In this document: positions 20,306 to 30,883 of the stretch, piece after piece
Layout: each line of letters starts with the position of its first letter
Numbering within the stretch: the first letter of the stretch is position 1
Source of the DNA: a virus
Lineage: Duplodnaviria > Caudoviricetes
Strand: one strand, 5' to 3'
Virus record (IMG/VR): IMGVR_UViG_3300047392_000215
Span: 1 to 53,890 of that record
DNA: 53,890 nt
Translations under genes and position numbers: made by a program
The notes under the pieces: generated by a model
What the model was told of the DNA's origin: nothing
Databases searched by the model: none
What the model saw: the letters and a program-made list of their open reading frames with translations, nothing else

Positions 20306-21604
20306 TTATCCAGCTATTTTTGTTGAATTTACTATTTCAGTATCTTTAAATACCGCAGATTTTGTATACTTTCCTTCTCTAAAGATACCATCATTCATTT
20401 GTCCACTAAATACTCCATCAATTCCATACACATAACAATTTGTTGCAACACAACTTTTATTTACGTAGGATGAACCAACCTTAGATCCGTTGATTTGAGT
20501 ACCTTGATAGAAATTACATGAACGAATATCAGAAGCTTTAACGTCACATTGGAATATATCACAATGTGTAAGTTCTCCCATTATACTACATTTGATAAAT
20601 TCATAGTTCATAATAGAAAAACAATACGGTAATTCACCGCCTTCAACCTGAACTCTTCCAGTATCTGAGTCATAGTTAATCTTACCCTTAGTTAATTGAC
20701 CATTCGTGAATAAGTTCATCACCTGATCTTTAATTTGCGGCCAGTAAATATCAATAATTCTTTCGTCTTTTTCAAGATCAACTGTCAATTCAACATTACT
20801 CCATCCCTTTGCAATATTTCTCCAATCAACTCGAGCATCGATAATTCTCTTATTTTTGGTTAATATTCTTTTAAGTTCTAATCTATTGTTACTTGTGAAA
20901 CCTTCATCAGTTGATGTTTTCCAAAGCTGCATTAAGAATGAATCTAATAGAGTTAAGATTTTTGTCTGTTTCTTGTGCCAATCTTCTCCTCCTAAATATC
21001 TAAATTCTAAATAATTCTTTTGTAACTTTTCAAAGTTTACTCCGTAATATTTAGATTGAGGGAAAATGAAGTTATTTTGGCTAATATGATTTCCATCATA
21101 TACATAAGTTTCTGTTCTTGGAAGAACAAACTTAATTGATTTTGCATAAGCAGAATCTTTTCTATTTGGAAATGCTTTCCAAACCTGCTCTTCATTAAAA
21201 TCTAAAATGAATTTAAGTGGACTCATTCTAGAAATTTGGTATCTGTTGCCAGTTAATTTAGGGTCAAAACTTAAGTTTAAGTGGATTGAAGAACGGTTTG
21301 TAGTATAACCATTTTTATTAATCCAATCACAAACTTTAATAATAATCATTCTACCCTCAGAATATGGCAAAGCGCCGGTAACTAATTCCATTAGTCCGGC
21401 GCCACCACTCATATCTGGTTCGATTTTAAACTCCTTTTGATTTGGAGTAAAATCACTATGATGTTTTTTCTCGATTCGAATCTTTTTACCTAGAACTTCA
21501 GCTAATTGTTTTGCTGTCTCTTCTAGACTTACATTTGCATAGAATTCGAATTCTATTCCTACGAGACCTTTTTGAAGAATCTCTGAATCACTTAAGTTAA
21601 TCAT
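20306..21604 (-). CDS. Putative amidoligase (COOH-NH2 ligase, glutamine-synthetase-like fold) with a C-terminal beta-rich extension
   Basis: GIEFEF, D-x-S...MELVT, SSIHLNLS, KYYGVN and YLEFR motifs in the order typical of the Amidoligase_2 family. Confidence 0.75.
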   Translation of the reverse strand: MINLSDSEILQKGLVGIEFEFYANVSLEETAKQLAEVLGKKIRIEKKHHSDFTPNQKEFKIEPDMSGGAGLMELVTGALPYSEGRMIIIKVCDWINKNGYTTNRSSIHLNLSFDPKLTGNRYQISRMSPLKFILDFNEEQVWKAFPNRKDSAYAKSIKFVLPRTETYVYDGNHISQNNFIFPQSKYYGVNFEKLQKNYLEFRYLGGEDWHKKQTKILTLLDSFLMQLWKTSTDEGFTSNNRLELKRILTKNKRIIDARVDWRNIAKGWSNVELTVDLEKDERIIDIYWPQIKDQVMNLFTNGQLTKGKINYDSDTGRVQVEGGELPYCFSIMNYEFIKCSIMGELTHCDIFQCDVKASDIRSCNFYQGTQINGSKVGSSYVNKSCVATNCYVYGIDGVFSGQMNDGIFREGKYTKSAVFKDTEIVNSTKIAG

Positions 21605-21650
21605 TTACGGATTTATATAGTTATGTTCACTATATATATCCTGTTAAGAT

Positions 21651-22856
21651 TTAAACTAGCTTTAAGAATACCTTTCTGGTTTCTTCTTCGATTCTATTTA
21701 CTACAACTGTAATTGGATCTCCTTTTTTCAAATGAGTTGTATCAATTCCACTTAATTCGCTAGAATGTAAAAGTCCAGTAATACCATCTTCGATTTCAAT
21801 AAACAATCCATAATCTTTAATAGATCTAATTGTTCCTTGTACCTCAACCGGTACTTTGTATCTTGATGCAGCACCATTCCATGGATTAACCATTGAATCA
21901 GTTTTCTGAGTTAATGTAATCTTCGTTGTTGATATAATATCTTTAACAAAGAATTTAACTGGAGTACCAGGGTGTAACTCTCCTTTTGCATATAATTCAG
22001 CAGTGTCAGGAGCTAAATCATTAATATGAATCATACCAGTTAAGCAACCATTAAATTCAACGAATACTCCGTATTTTGTTGAACCTGTTACATAACCATC
22101 TTGTTCATTTTCAATGTTAGTTCTAAGTGTCTCAATTTCTTGAGGAATCATTGCTTGTAAATACTTACGGTGAGAAACTACGATTGTACCTTTATCATGT
22201 GAGAATGATACTGGGACAACATACATTTCAGTGCCAATGATTGATTCAAAGTTTGCAAGTTTATTAATTCCTGCTAATGAACCAGGCATGAAACATTCAA
22301 CTCCTTGTACCGTTACCATGTAACCTCCACCCGGAATCATTTGTTCAATTTTACCAGCGTATGCTGTATTTTCAGTTTTAGCAGATGCTAATAACTCATT
22401 AAATACTGCTTGTCTAGTTCCTTCAGTAACTGATCCTACACAAAATCCTTTTGTTGCAGCGTCTCCAACAATTTTAACAGTGAATTCAGCATCTTTAACA
22501 ATAAGTTTCTTAAATGCATTTGATTCTCGGTCTAAATCAATGTAAACAAATTCTCTGTGTCCAACATCGATCGATGCCCAACGAGAATCTACTGACCAGA
22601 TGGTACCTTTTAAATGGTCGCCTACTGAAATTTTAGATACAAAATTCTTAAATGAATTGTTGTACATTTCATACTGGATTTGTGCGTCTTTTGCTTGTGA
22701 AAATACTTTAACGCCTTTGGGAACTTTTACGTGAGGATTTCCCTTCCTCATTCTGCTAGGGCAATCTGCTGTGTGAGCGTCCCAATCGAAATCTGCTAAA
22801 CCAACATTTTTATTGGCTAGAACTTCTGTTTTTTGTTTTGTTAATTCTTGTAACAT
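21651..22856 (-). CDS. rpsA: Phage-encoded ribosomal protein S1 homolog (four S1 domains)
   Basis: N-terminal DFDWDA as in Bacteroidetes S1. GGYMV..QGVECFMPGS, IVVSHRK, TKYGVFVEF.GCLTGMIHINDL, KDYGLFIEIEDGITGLLHSSEL. Confidence 0.88.
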   Translation of the reverse strand: MLQELTKQKTEVLANKNVGLADFDWDAHTADCPSRMRKGNPHVKVPKGVKVFSQAKDAQIQYEMYNNSFKNFVSKISVGDHLKGTIWSVDSRWASIDVGHREFVYIDLDRESNAFKKLIVKDAEFTVKIVGDAATKGFCVGSVTEGTRQAVFNELLASAKTENTAYAGKIEQMIPGGGYMVTVQGVECFMPGSLAGINKLANFESIIGTEMYVVPVSFSHDKGTIVVSHRKYLQAMIPQEIETLRTNIENEQDGYVTGSTKYGVFVEFNGCLTGMIHINDLAPDTAELYAKGELHPGTPVKFFVKDIISTTKITLTQKTDSMVNPWNGAASRYKVPVEVQGTIRSIKDYGLFIEIEDGITGLLHSSELSGIDTTHLKKGDPITVVVNRIEEETRKVFLKLV

Positions 22857-22901
22857 TTGTTTATTTAATTAAAAGTGAACTACTTAGTATATATTAAATT
22901 T

Positions 22902-24683
22902 TTAAAAGGCAGTCGGGACAAATCCAATCATAGGAATTGTTGCGGTACCGACAGTTAATTGACCCACATAAATAAATTTAAGTTCCATTAGATGCTTAGC
23001 GCAACATGTTGCAACCGCTGATGCAACTGCTTTAGTCACAGGATGAGTTAATGGTTCAAGTTGTGCCAACTTCCCAGTATTCCAAGCTCTTCTAAGATTT
23101 TTAGCTAATGATTTTTGACTTCCATAATACAATGGAGTATAAATACCAGGAGAAGGAATATTACACGGTGGAACCGGTGGTGAGTTTTTAAATGGTTGAA
23201 CCGCACATGACATCCAATATTGAATAATAGTTTTAGCCATAGTATCATACGGATCCTCTTCAGAATCTGGATCAGCAGCTTTCTTTTCAGATACTGCAAG
23301 CTCATCAATCCATTGCCTTTTTAAAGCATTATACTTTTCTCGATCAAGTGCATAGAGTTTTCTCTTTAACTCGATTCTTTCATTTTCATTAGTATTATTT
23401 GCTTTAGAATGTTTATCTTCGGTTATATCATCAATTCCTGTAACATAACAATATTTACAAATAAAGTAATCGGTTAACCAAGTTGGCCAAACATCCTTAT
23501 CATCATTATATTCTAATTGAATAAGTTTTTTATTCAATGGATTTGTTAAATCGGTTTTAAGATTTGAATTACGTTTAATATAAGCAGTGTCAGATTCTAA
23601 TTTTATTTTATCTTCAACTGTTTTTAAATAATCACCTACCTTAATTTTGCTATCATACAATTTATTTCCTATCATTGCTTGATATTCAATAAATGCAGTA
23701 TTTGCAGTCCCAGGTTTTGGAACTAAAACTTTAGCATCATACAAATCTGTATATTTTTTAGTGATTTGATTTGTTATAGTTTTTATGTCAACTGCTCCTA
23801 ATATACTAAGACATCGATCTCCTACTTTTTTACCATAAGCAGATTCATAAGCTAACGAAAGTCTAGTAAGAAATCTAACAAACTTTATATCGCCATCATT
23901 TTGATACAAAACTCTTTTTACAAGTAGCTCAAATTTCTGGTCTTCTGTTAATGTTAGTTTGGTTTTTTGAGTGCCATTGACAACACTAGCCTCTTTAGTA
24001 CCGTCCTTTGGTATATTTACTTCAACAGTTTGGCTTAATGAATGTGTAATATCTGGAAATGCTGAATCAACGACATTTGTAAGAGTATATTTTAGTTTTC
24101 CGGGAGTATCGAATGGAACATATAAATTATAGAATCCAAATTCATCTGAAAGAATTTCAATAGGTTCACCATTATTTAGAGTGTATGTGAATCTATATGG
24201 AGCAACTCCGCCCTTTCCAGTAAAAGTTAATATTGGTTGATCTGCCTCAATCGCAGTTCCAAACACGTCAGCACCTGTTAATTTTGGTTCTACCGGTTCA
24301 GGTATTGGAAAGAATTCATAAAACTTAGTATCAGGTAATGCATTACCTTTTGATATAATCCATTTTCTAAATTCGGCTTCCGCATTATATTTTTTTGGAA
24401 CTGGTAGAGCTTCTAATAAATCAGCAAATTTAGGGTCTTTAATCTTATCTTCAAGAGATGGAGTAGTTGATTTAAATAAATCATTAAATGCTTTTTTAAA
24501 TCCTTGTTCTAAAACTGCTTTTTGACCGGATTGATGAAGATTTCCAAATGGAGTTTGTGAAGTTTTGACTGCATTAAAATATTCATTAGCCATAAACGTA
24601 CCGAAGTCATCGGGTCCTTTAGAAGACCGACTTGCTAGTTTTGATGATACGTTATTTATAAATATTGGCCACTGTGCAGGCAT
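22902..24683 (-). CDS. Structural protein downstream of the spike gene, with an internal Ig/SprB-like module
   Basis: 593-aa ORF; LTFTGKGGVAPYRFTYTLN...YTLTNVVDS resembles Bacteroidetes Ig-like repeats. Confidence 0.45.
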   Translation of the reverse strand: MPAQWPIFINNVSSKLASRSSKGPDDFGTFMANEYFNAVKTSQTPFGNLHQSGQKAVLEQGFKKAFNDLFKSTTPSLEDKIKDPKFADLLEALPVPKKYNAEAEFRKWIISKGNALPDTKFYEFFPIPEPVEPKLTGADVFGTAIEADQPILTFTGKGGVAPYRFTYTLNNGEPIEILSDEFGFYNLYVPFDTPGKLKYTLTNVVDSAFPDITHSLSQTVEVNIPKDGTKEASVVNGTQKTKLTLTEDQKFELLVKRVLYQNDGDIKFVRFLTRLSLAYESAYGKKVGDRCLSILGAVDIKTITNQITKKYTDLYDAKVLVPKPGTANTAFIEYQAMIGNKLYDSKIKVGDYLKTVEDKIKLESDTAYIKRNSNLKTDLTNPLNKKLIQLEYNDDKDVWPTWLTDYFICKYCYVTGIDDITEDKHSKANNTNENERIELKRKLYALDREKYNALKRQWIDELAVSEKKAADPDSEEDPYDTMAKTIIQYWMSCAVQPFKNSPPVPPCNIPSPGIYTPLYYGSQKSLAKNLRRAWNTGKLAQLEPLTHPVTKAVASAVATCCAKHLMELKFIYVGQLTVGTATIPMIGFVPTAF

Positions 24684-24719
24684 GATTCTATATTTTTATA
24701 AGATATTTATCTGAATTAA

Positions 24720-25448
24720 TTATTTACCTTTTTGCTGGTAATCTTTGTGCTTTCCTTTCAACTGACTAATTGTCGCTGGTGTTGGAGGAGATGGAGGTCC
24801 TGAAGGACCTGTTGGAGTTGGGTGAATATGTTTTTGATAATCATCTAATAGAACATTCAACCATTTTTCTAAAGAAACTCCACGAACCGCAGGTTCTTTC
24901 TCATCTTCTGATGCTTCTCCAGTATTTGATAGGAATATGTTACCTGAATCTAAAAAGATTTTAGTATCAGTGCTTATTTTAATATTATTCTTTTCATCGA
25001 TTTGTATTAGGGGTCTCTCCTTGGCACCCTTACCTCGTGTGATAATTATACCATCTTTAGGAGAATGATAGATCCTGATGTTACGGATTTCATCGTATAC
25101 TAATGAGATAGTTTGTTGCGCTTCATCTTCTGATAGAGCATCTAAAACTTCAGATTTTAGGGCTTTACGTTGATTAACCTGATAAAAATATTCAGGATGA
25201 TATAAGTTACCATTATCAAAACGAATTGAAACAATATCTCCAACATTAGGAATTGCATGAGCTCCTACAGCATTTCTGTTTCCACATGCTGCCCAAGGAA
25301 TATCTTCGGTTGGAACGTTATCAAATTTACCAAAGACCATGACTTTACATCTTCCATTTTTCAATGGGTCTTTATTTTCAACAACTTTACCAAGCCAATG
25401 AGTGTCCCTAATATTATCACTACCACCTATTTCATCAACTGTAGCCAT
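24720..25448 (-). CDS. Baseplate central spike (gp5/gpV-like OB-fold; no lysozyme domain)
   Basis: WLGKVVENKDPLKNGRCKVMVFG...IPWA...IPNVGDIV.IRF N-terminus; apex motif HIHPTPTGPSGPP. Confidence 0.9.
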   Translation of the reverse strand: MATVDEIGGSDNIRDTHWLGKVVENKDPLKNGRCKVMVFGKFDNVPTEDIPWAACGNRNAVGAHAIPNVGDIVSIRFDNGNLYHPEYFYQVNQRKALKSEVLDALSEDEAQQTISLVYDEIRNIRIYHSPKDGIIITRGKGAKERPLIQIDEKNNIKISTDTKIFLDSGNIFLSNTGEASEDEKEPAVRGVSLEKWLNVLLDDYQKHIHPTPTGPSGPPSPPTPATISQLKGKHKDYQQKGK

Positions 25449-25450
25449 TA

Positions 25451-26752
25451 TTACTTTTTATATACGTTTCCTATATTAATTAATGCGTCTCTATTTGCCT
25501 TATTTAAAACATCAACTAGAGGAGTTCCATCCAGAAAATGGACATTTTTACCAACAACACTTTCAATACCGCCTGCAATTCCTTTAACATCAGTCGCCGC
25601 ATCCAATGCTCTCATAGCTTTACCATAAACATTTTCTAAATTAGGTATTCTTCTATTTACATATCTTTTAGCTTCAATTTCCGCCTCTTCCATTTTGGAT
25701 TTTGACATTCTTTTTAAATCATCAGTCGCTCTCTTTCCATATCCATTAACCTGTTCAGACGCTTTAGTTTTAAGATTTTTAAATCCTTTAGTCAAATTTT
25801 GTTTAAATGACAATTTTCTTTCAGCAGCAGGATCAGTATGTTTTCCCATCTCTTCTATTTTAGCCTTGGTTTTTGCATCTATTCCAGCTTCTGGATCATC
25901 TATGTTACGGTCACCTTCATCTAACTTTGTTTCAAGTTCAGTAGTTGGAGCAATTATATTTTTATAAGCAGTTGGATTTCCTTTTTGAATATCTTTGCTC
26001 ATGAATACAGCGCCATTTAACGCTCTAGCATCAACGTCATATACTCTTTGATAATTAATTGTAATTTCATTTGCAGCAACTTCAGGCGCTGATGCAGATA
26101 AATCAGCAAATGATTTATGTCCACTTTCAGATAAATTAAATTCACAATATCTAAGTTCATACATGAAAAATGGACGATTGTTTTCTCCTGATACAACACC
26201 AGAAGCAGAATTATCATATATTCCTCTAATATCAGAAACATAAATATACATGTTGAATTTTCTTAAATTTGGAGGTAATACATAAGACCATCTATTTTCG
26301 TCCCATACTGCTTTACGATAAAGCTGCATTAAACCTGCAATATTTAAATTAATAGTTTCTAAACAACCAATTACTAACTTAGCATCATCTCCACCAAAAT
26401 AAGCATTTTCAGGAGTAAATTGTGTTAATCGATCTACGCCACCTAAAGATTGCCAATGCCATGGCATTTCGGTATTAATTTTAAATAAAGCTTCTTTAAA
26501 TGCAAGAAGAGAACTTAGTTTATGTTCATATTTAGTAGTATTTAGTCCTCCTCCAGAATTACCAGAAAGATGTTTTTTAATAAAACCTTCAGCTTCACCA
26601 TTAAATAAAGGCGAATTGTAGCTAGTGTCAAATAACAAAGTAAATGATAAATAGGTTGGATCCTGATATGATGACATATCAACTCCACCAGTTGCTCCTT
26701 TTGAAAGGAGACCTGATTTTCTAAATTTATCTAAATCTAAGAATGCTGACAT
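25451..26752 (-). CDS. Tail tube-fold/baseplate-associated structural protein
   Basis: Lies between hub and spike genes; LVIGCLET..LNI..L..LYRK pattern is compatible with a tube-like fold (tentative). Confidence 0.4.
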   Translation of the reverse strand: MSAFLDLDKFRKSGLLSKGATGGVDMSSYQDPTYLSFTLLFDTSYNSPLFNGEAEGFIKKHLSGNSGGGLNTTKYEHKLSSLLAFKEALFKINTEMPWHWQSLGGVDRLTQFTPENAYFGGDDAKLVIGCLETINLNIAGLMQLYRKAVWDENRWSYVLPPNLRKFNMYIYVSDIRGIYDNSASGVVSGENNRPFFMYELRYCEFNLSESGHKSFADLSASAPEVAANEITINYQRVYDVDARALNGAVFMSKDIQKGNPTAYKNIIAPTTELETKLDEGDRNIDDPEAGIDAKTKAKIEEMGKHTDPAAERKLSFKQNLTKGFKNLKTKASEQVNGYGKRATDDLKRMSKSKMEEAEIEAKRYVNRRIPNLENVYGKAMRALDAATDVKGIAGGIESVVGKNVHFLDGTPLVDVLNKANRDALINIGNVYKK

Positions 26753-26768
26753 GAATTATATATTGTTT

Positions 26769-28298
26769 TTAAATTGTATTAAGCTTAGATGGCCATTCTC
26801 TTCTTAAAAGAGTTAATTTTTGTCGGATTCCTAAACCATCTTCGGAATCATAAAGGTATTGAATGTTTTCAATAATATAATAACCAGTATGGAATTCATC
26901 CATAACTATTTTATCTCCACCTGGAGATGCAGGATCTTCTCCATACTCCTCTCCAACAGTGTTAAATCCTTTTTCTTTTTTCTTTTCTTTAAGAGAATTT
27001 AATCTAGCAACTTCAGTGTCGTTGTATGCTGTTACAAAAACTGGAATCTTTTGAAACATATAAAGACCAGGATTAATTTGGTCTAATGTTATTTCTAATT
27101 TCATTTTTGTACTTTGAGCATAATTCATTTTGTTCTGAATTGCAGCAAAATAATGGTTAATGTTCATATTTCCATGCTCTTTATCAGCATCAATACGTCC
27201 AACATATTTTTGTTTAACTTCATCTTTGAATCTAGTTTCCTCTTCTTTTCCAGTACCTTCTTTTCTACGACCTCTTAAAGGCTCTTCAATATCTGACATT
27301 GTTTTACTAGCTCGTGGTTCAATATCAAATGAAACTAATCCTTCATCGCTGTCATTTTCAAAATACTGAAGTTTCATAGTATATCCAAACTTGGCAGTTT
27401 TTGCACCGGCCTCATTAATAACTTTAAAGTTCTCAAAAAATTGAGAACTTGAATTATATGTTGGGTGATTTGTTAAAAGCATTGCTGCTTTAATTTTATT
27501 TGTATCGTCAGTATCTTCAGGATTTTTATTCATGTCTTCCTGCATCTTATTAAAATAAGTCAGTTCCAAATCATTTTTAGAATTGAATACTTTGTTAAGA
27601 TCGACGTAATTTAAATTGTAATATGGATCTATTTTACCAACAACAAAACTTTCATCATCAATATATCCGTGTTTTATAATATCTGTGATAAACTGTGCTT
27701 TGGAAATAAATGGACAGAATCTAGACATTTCATCATCAGTTTTATCAATATTAGTTGCAAAACCTAATTGAAGTTCGGTTGCAATTTGTTCTAAATGATC
27801 TAGTGATGTTTTCTTTCCATATCCTTTAGACTCTTCAGCTAATATTTTAGGAACTTTAAGTCTTCCACGTATTGAATATTGTCCACCTGCTAAAGATTGT
27901 GGATTTGCTCCTCCTTCATCAGAAGAACTTGCGTTACAATTAATAATATCAAAATCCATTCTAATATCTTTATAAGTATCAGATTGTCTAGAAGCCAGTC
28001 GAATACTAACAATATCTCCGTCTCTTGGAATAGAATCACCTTTAAATTGGTTATCACTATCCATAAAGGCAATATTTAATGTTGGTAAAAAACTAGAAGT
28101 ATCAATTGTCATTGAATTCAAATCGTATTCTTGAATATCAATATTGTTAATTCTTACTGCTGGAGTAATATTACCATTTGATTTTGAAATCTTTTTACCA
28201 CCTTCTTTTTCCTCAGATCCTGAATCATAATTCATTGGATCCAACTTAATAGTCGGTTCGGTAATTACAAGTATATGTCTATCTAAATCGCTAGCCAT
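26769..28298 (-). CDS. Baseplate hub protein (gp27/gpD-like)
   Basis: PTLNIAFMDS...PRDGDIVSI, LEQIATELQLGF, C-terminal TGYYIIENIQY...QKLTLLRREW; synteny with gp53- and gp5-like genes. Confidence 0.7.
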   Translation of the reverse strand: MASDLDRHILVITEPTIKLDPMNYDSGSEEKEGGKKISKSNGNITPAVRINNIDIQEYDLNSMTIDTSSFLPTLNIAFMDSDNQFKGDSIPRDGDIVSIRLASRQSDTYKDIRMDFDIINCNASSSDEGGANPQSLAGGQYSIRGRLKVPKILAEESKGYGKKTSLDHLEQIATELQLGFATNIDKTDDEMSRFCPFISKAQFITDIIKHGYIDDESFVVGKIDPYYNLNYVDLNKVFNSKNDLELTYFNKMQEDMNKNPEDTDDTNKIKAAMLLTNHPTYNSSSQFFENFKVINEAGAKTAKFGYTMKLQYFENDSDEGLVSFDIEPRASKTMSDIEEPLRGRRKEGTGKEEETRFKDEVKQKYVGRIDADKEHGNMNINHYFAAIQNKMNYAQSTKMKLEITLDQINPGLYMFQKIPVFVTAYNDTEVARLNSLKEKKKEKGFNTVGEEYGEDPASPGGDKIVMDEFHTGYYIIENIQYLYDSEDGLGIRQKLTLLRREWPSKLNTI

Positions 28299-28918
28299 TA
28301 AAGTTTATTATTAGTATTGTTATTGATTTTGTTAAGCCTTTGAATCTCTCCTTCAAACGCTTTATTTGACGTTAAAAGAGCAGATGTTCTATCTTTAGTT
28401 GTAGGCATTGCATTACCTACAATAGTTTCTCCATTTTGAATAACAACATTAGTTTGATCAGATTTTAAAACGTTTGGTGGTAGAATTTCTTTTGCACCGT
28501 TTGGCTTTTCAGCAGCTTTTCTTTTAAGATAATCAAGTCGATTTTGATCTTTAACTGGAAGTCTTTTAGTGTCAATGAATTTATCTCTAACAACATTAGC
28601 TTCTTTTACTCCAATTCCTGGTTTCTTCCATTGTTTTAGTAAAACATCTAATGGCGGTACATCTAAGACATCACCAACTCCTATTGAAAATGGATTTGAA
28701 ATTCCATTAAATTTTAAAATTTGATCTCCATAATTAGCATTGTTATACAAATTAAGAGAAATCAAATCAATCCTGCCTGCATAATATTCATCAACCACAA
28801 ATGTTTTATCTACCCTAACAAAATCAGGAAATAGCATTGTAGGTTCGGTCATAATAACCTTGTTTTCCGATTCATAATCGGAAGTTGTCATTTTCTTTTT
28901 GTCTAAACTGTTTAACAT
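28298..28918 (-). CDS. Baseplate wedge gp53/LysM-like protein
   Basis: GRIDLISLNLYNNANYGDQILKFNGISNPFSIGVGDVLDVP. Confidence 0.8.
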   Translation of the reverse strand: MLNSLDKKKMTTSDYESENKVIMTEPTMLFPDFVRVDKTFVVDEYYAGRIDLISLNLYNNANYGDQILKFNGISNPFSIGVGDVLDVPPLDVLLKQWKKPGIGVKEANVVRDKFIDTKRLPVKDQNRLDYLKRKAAEKPNGAKEILPPNVLKSDQTNVVIQNGETIVGNAMPTTKDRTSALLTSNKAFEGEIQRLNKINNNTNNKL

Positions 28919-30810
28919 TAGTCTGCTGCAAATTTTCTAAATGAATCATCTATATGAGAACCACTTTTAGCACTAGTACCAGATAAATTGGCTGCTGGGC
29001 TTCCTTTTTCTCCATATTCAGAAACATCTCTTGTTTTATTAATATCAACGCCATCATTTGGTTTAAGATAGAATCTACCTCTTCCCGCATTGAACATGCT
29101 TTCAATATCTGTTTTATCTCTTGGTCTTCCTGGTTTTAATGTGATTTCAACTTCCATTTCTTCTGGAAAATCTTGTACACCATTACCACCTTTAAAATTA
29201 ATCTTGGTTCCAGTAATAATTAAGTTACCCATAACCATCATTGGATTTAATGGATTTCCAACCGTAATATGCCATTGTCCAGTTGCATCACCGGTTAATA
29301 ACGCATTTGCAATAGCAGGTGCTTGAGGTGAATTAAATAAATCCATTAATGCACCACCTAGTAAGTTACTAACAACCTTAGAACCACCAAGTCCATTCTT
29401 TTTAATATCATCAACTATATTAGTTGCCATTCCTTGTAAATCACTCATTACAGATCCTAAGAATTCTTTGTATTGTCCACCTCTTAATAAGTCAATATTT
29501 CCAAATGGTTTACCAATAGATCCACTACCTAAATATCTAACTTCTCCTCCCCAAAACGGTGCAGTAGAATATGTTAGAGCAAGAATATTTGCAAATTGAT
29601 CCATGAAAAGAACTTTTGGATTTGCACCATAAATACCTTTCATCTCATACTGAAATTTAACAGTAAATTCTTTTTCAAATAATAAACCATTTTGACCACG
29701 GGTCATCATTGATGTAATTTTATTATAAGGACCAAATACGTGGTTTGGATATGTTGCTGTTAATGGATCAAATCCAGCTCCAGCCGCTTCAGTTTGTTTA
29801 ACTTGTACGCCATTCATTCCTTGACCAGCTCCCATAAATGCTTTACCAACACGAGAACTCATTAATCCAGAACCTAACTTACCACCAGAAGAATCGCTAT
29901 TCGTAGCAGTAACAGTTTGAACGTCAGCTTTCTTTTCTTCCCAATCGTACTTGTAATCTAGTGCAAGCATATCTGATAAATTATTACCAGTAGCCTCAGA
30001 CATCCATGTTATTGCGCGAGCAATATCAGGACTTTTTGCATTTTCTTTTTTGCCATCAGCACCAATTACCATTGGCGTAATAATATCGTCTTCAACTGGA
30101 AATGGAAATCTTCTAAGAGTAATCATATAATTGTTAGGGATTTTACCAATGTATTTACACATTGCAAAATCAGAATAATTATATCGATATCCTAAAGAAC
30201 CATGTTCATTAGTCATTTGTATAATATTAGTAATTGTTGGCTCTACTAAAGTCTCAGCATTAATTAAATTATAATCTTTCTTTAAATCCGCATTTGCACC
30301 AGCAACTAGACCAGTGAGAGGAGTTCCTCTGTACTTCATTAATGTATACCTGTTAAATGCAGAATATGGAAGAGGACCTTCATTGTATGCTGTTTCTCCT
30401 TTAGGTCCTTTTTTACGACCTTGTCCTTTAGCGCCTGCTTCTCCTTGTTTGTCCGGTGGATAAAATTTATATGAATCAACAGGTTGATCGTATAGAGTAT
30501 TGTTTCCTTTAATAAGTTTATCAATATCTCTATTATCTGCTGCTTCTATTCCAGCAGCATATGCACTACTTCTACCAAAATTAGTTTGACCTTCTAAAGG
30601 ACTAATTTTATTTTCAGAATTTAAAATTAAATCAGGGAGTTCGTTAGACTCTGTAATTGTTTTAGTCGCATCCTTCGCGTTAATAGTTTTGTACCTCTTT
30701 GGAGCAGACCCAGACGGTTTAGAAGCGCCTTTAGGCTCTTTACCAGCATTCCAAACTTTATTATAAGCATCATCTGCTTTTTTAATATAACCATCAATAA
30801 AACTAGGCAT
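28918..30810 (-). CDS. Tail tube initiator/baseplate-tube junction-like protein (gp48/gp54-like, tentative)
   Basis: First gene of the hub operon; C-terminal WHITVGNP..P...GNLII....INF...FPEEMEVEITLK tube-fold pattern. Confidence 0.5.
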   Translation of the reverse strand: MPSFIDGYIKKADDAYNKVWNAGKEPKGASKPSGSAPKRYKTINAKDATKTITESNELPDLILNSENKISPLEGQTNFGRSSAYAAGIEAADNRDIDKLIKGNNTLYDQPVDSYKFYPPDKQGEAGAKGQGRKKGPKGETAYNEGPLPYSAFNRYTLMKYRGTPLTGLVAGANADLKKDYNLINAETLVEPTITNIIQMTNEHGSLGYRYNYSDFAMCKYIGKIPNNYMITLRRFPFPVEDDIITPMVIGADGKKENAKSPDIARAITWMSEATGNNLSDMLALDYKYDWEEKKADVQTVTATNSDSSGGKLGSGLMSSRVGKAFMGAGQGMNGVQVKQTEAAGAGFDPLTATYPNHVFGPYNKITSMMTRGQNGLLFEKEFTVKFQYEMKGIYGANPKVLFMDQFANILALTYSTAPFWGGEVRYLGSGSIGKPFGNIDLLRGGQYKEFLGSVMSDLQGMATNIVDDIKKNGLGGSKVVSNLLGGALMDLFNSPQAPAIANALLTGDATGQWHITVGNPLNPMMVMGNLIITGTKINFKGGNGVQDFPEEMEVEITLKPGRPRDKTDIESMFNAGRGRFYLKPNDGVDINKTRDVSEYGEKGSPAANLSGTSAKSGSHIDDSFRKFAAD

Positions 30811-30883
30811 TTATCTCATCATTTTTTTTAAGGCACATTGACCTTATCTTATATATTCGTATATTAGAAATATTGCCTGAAAA

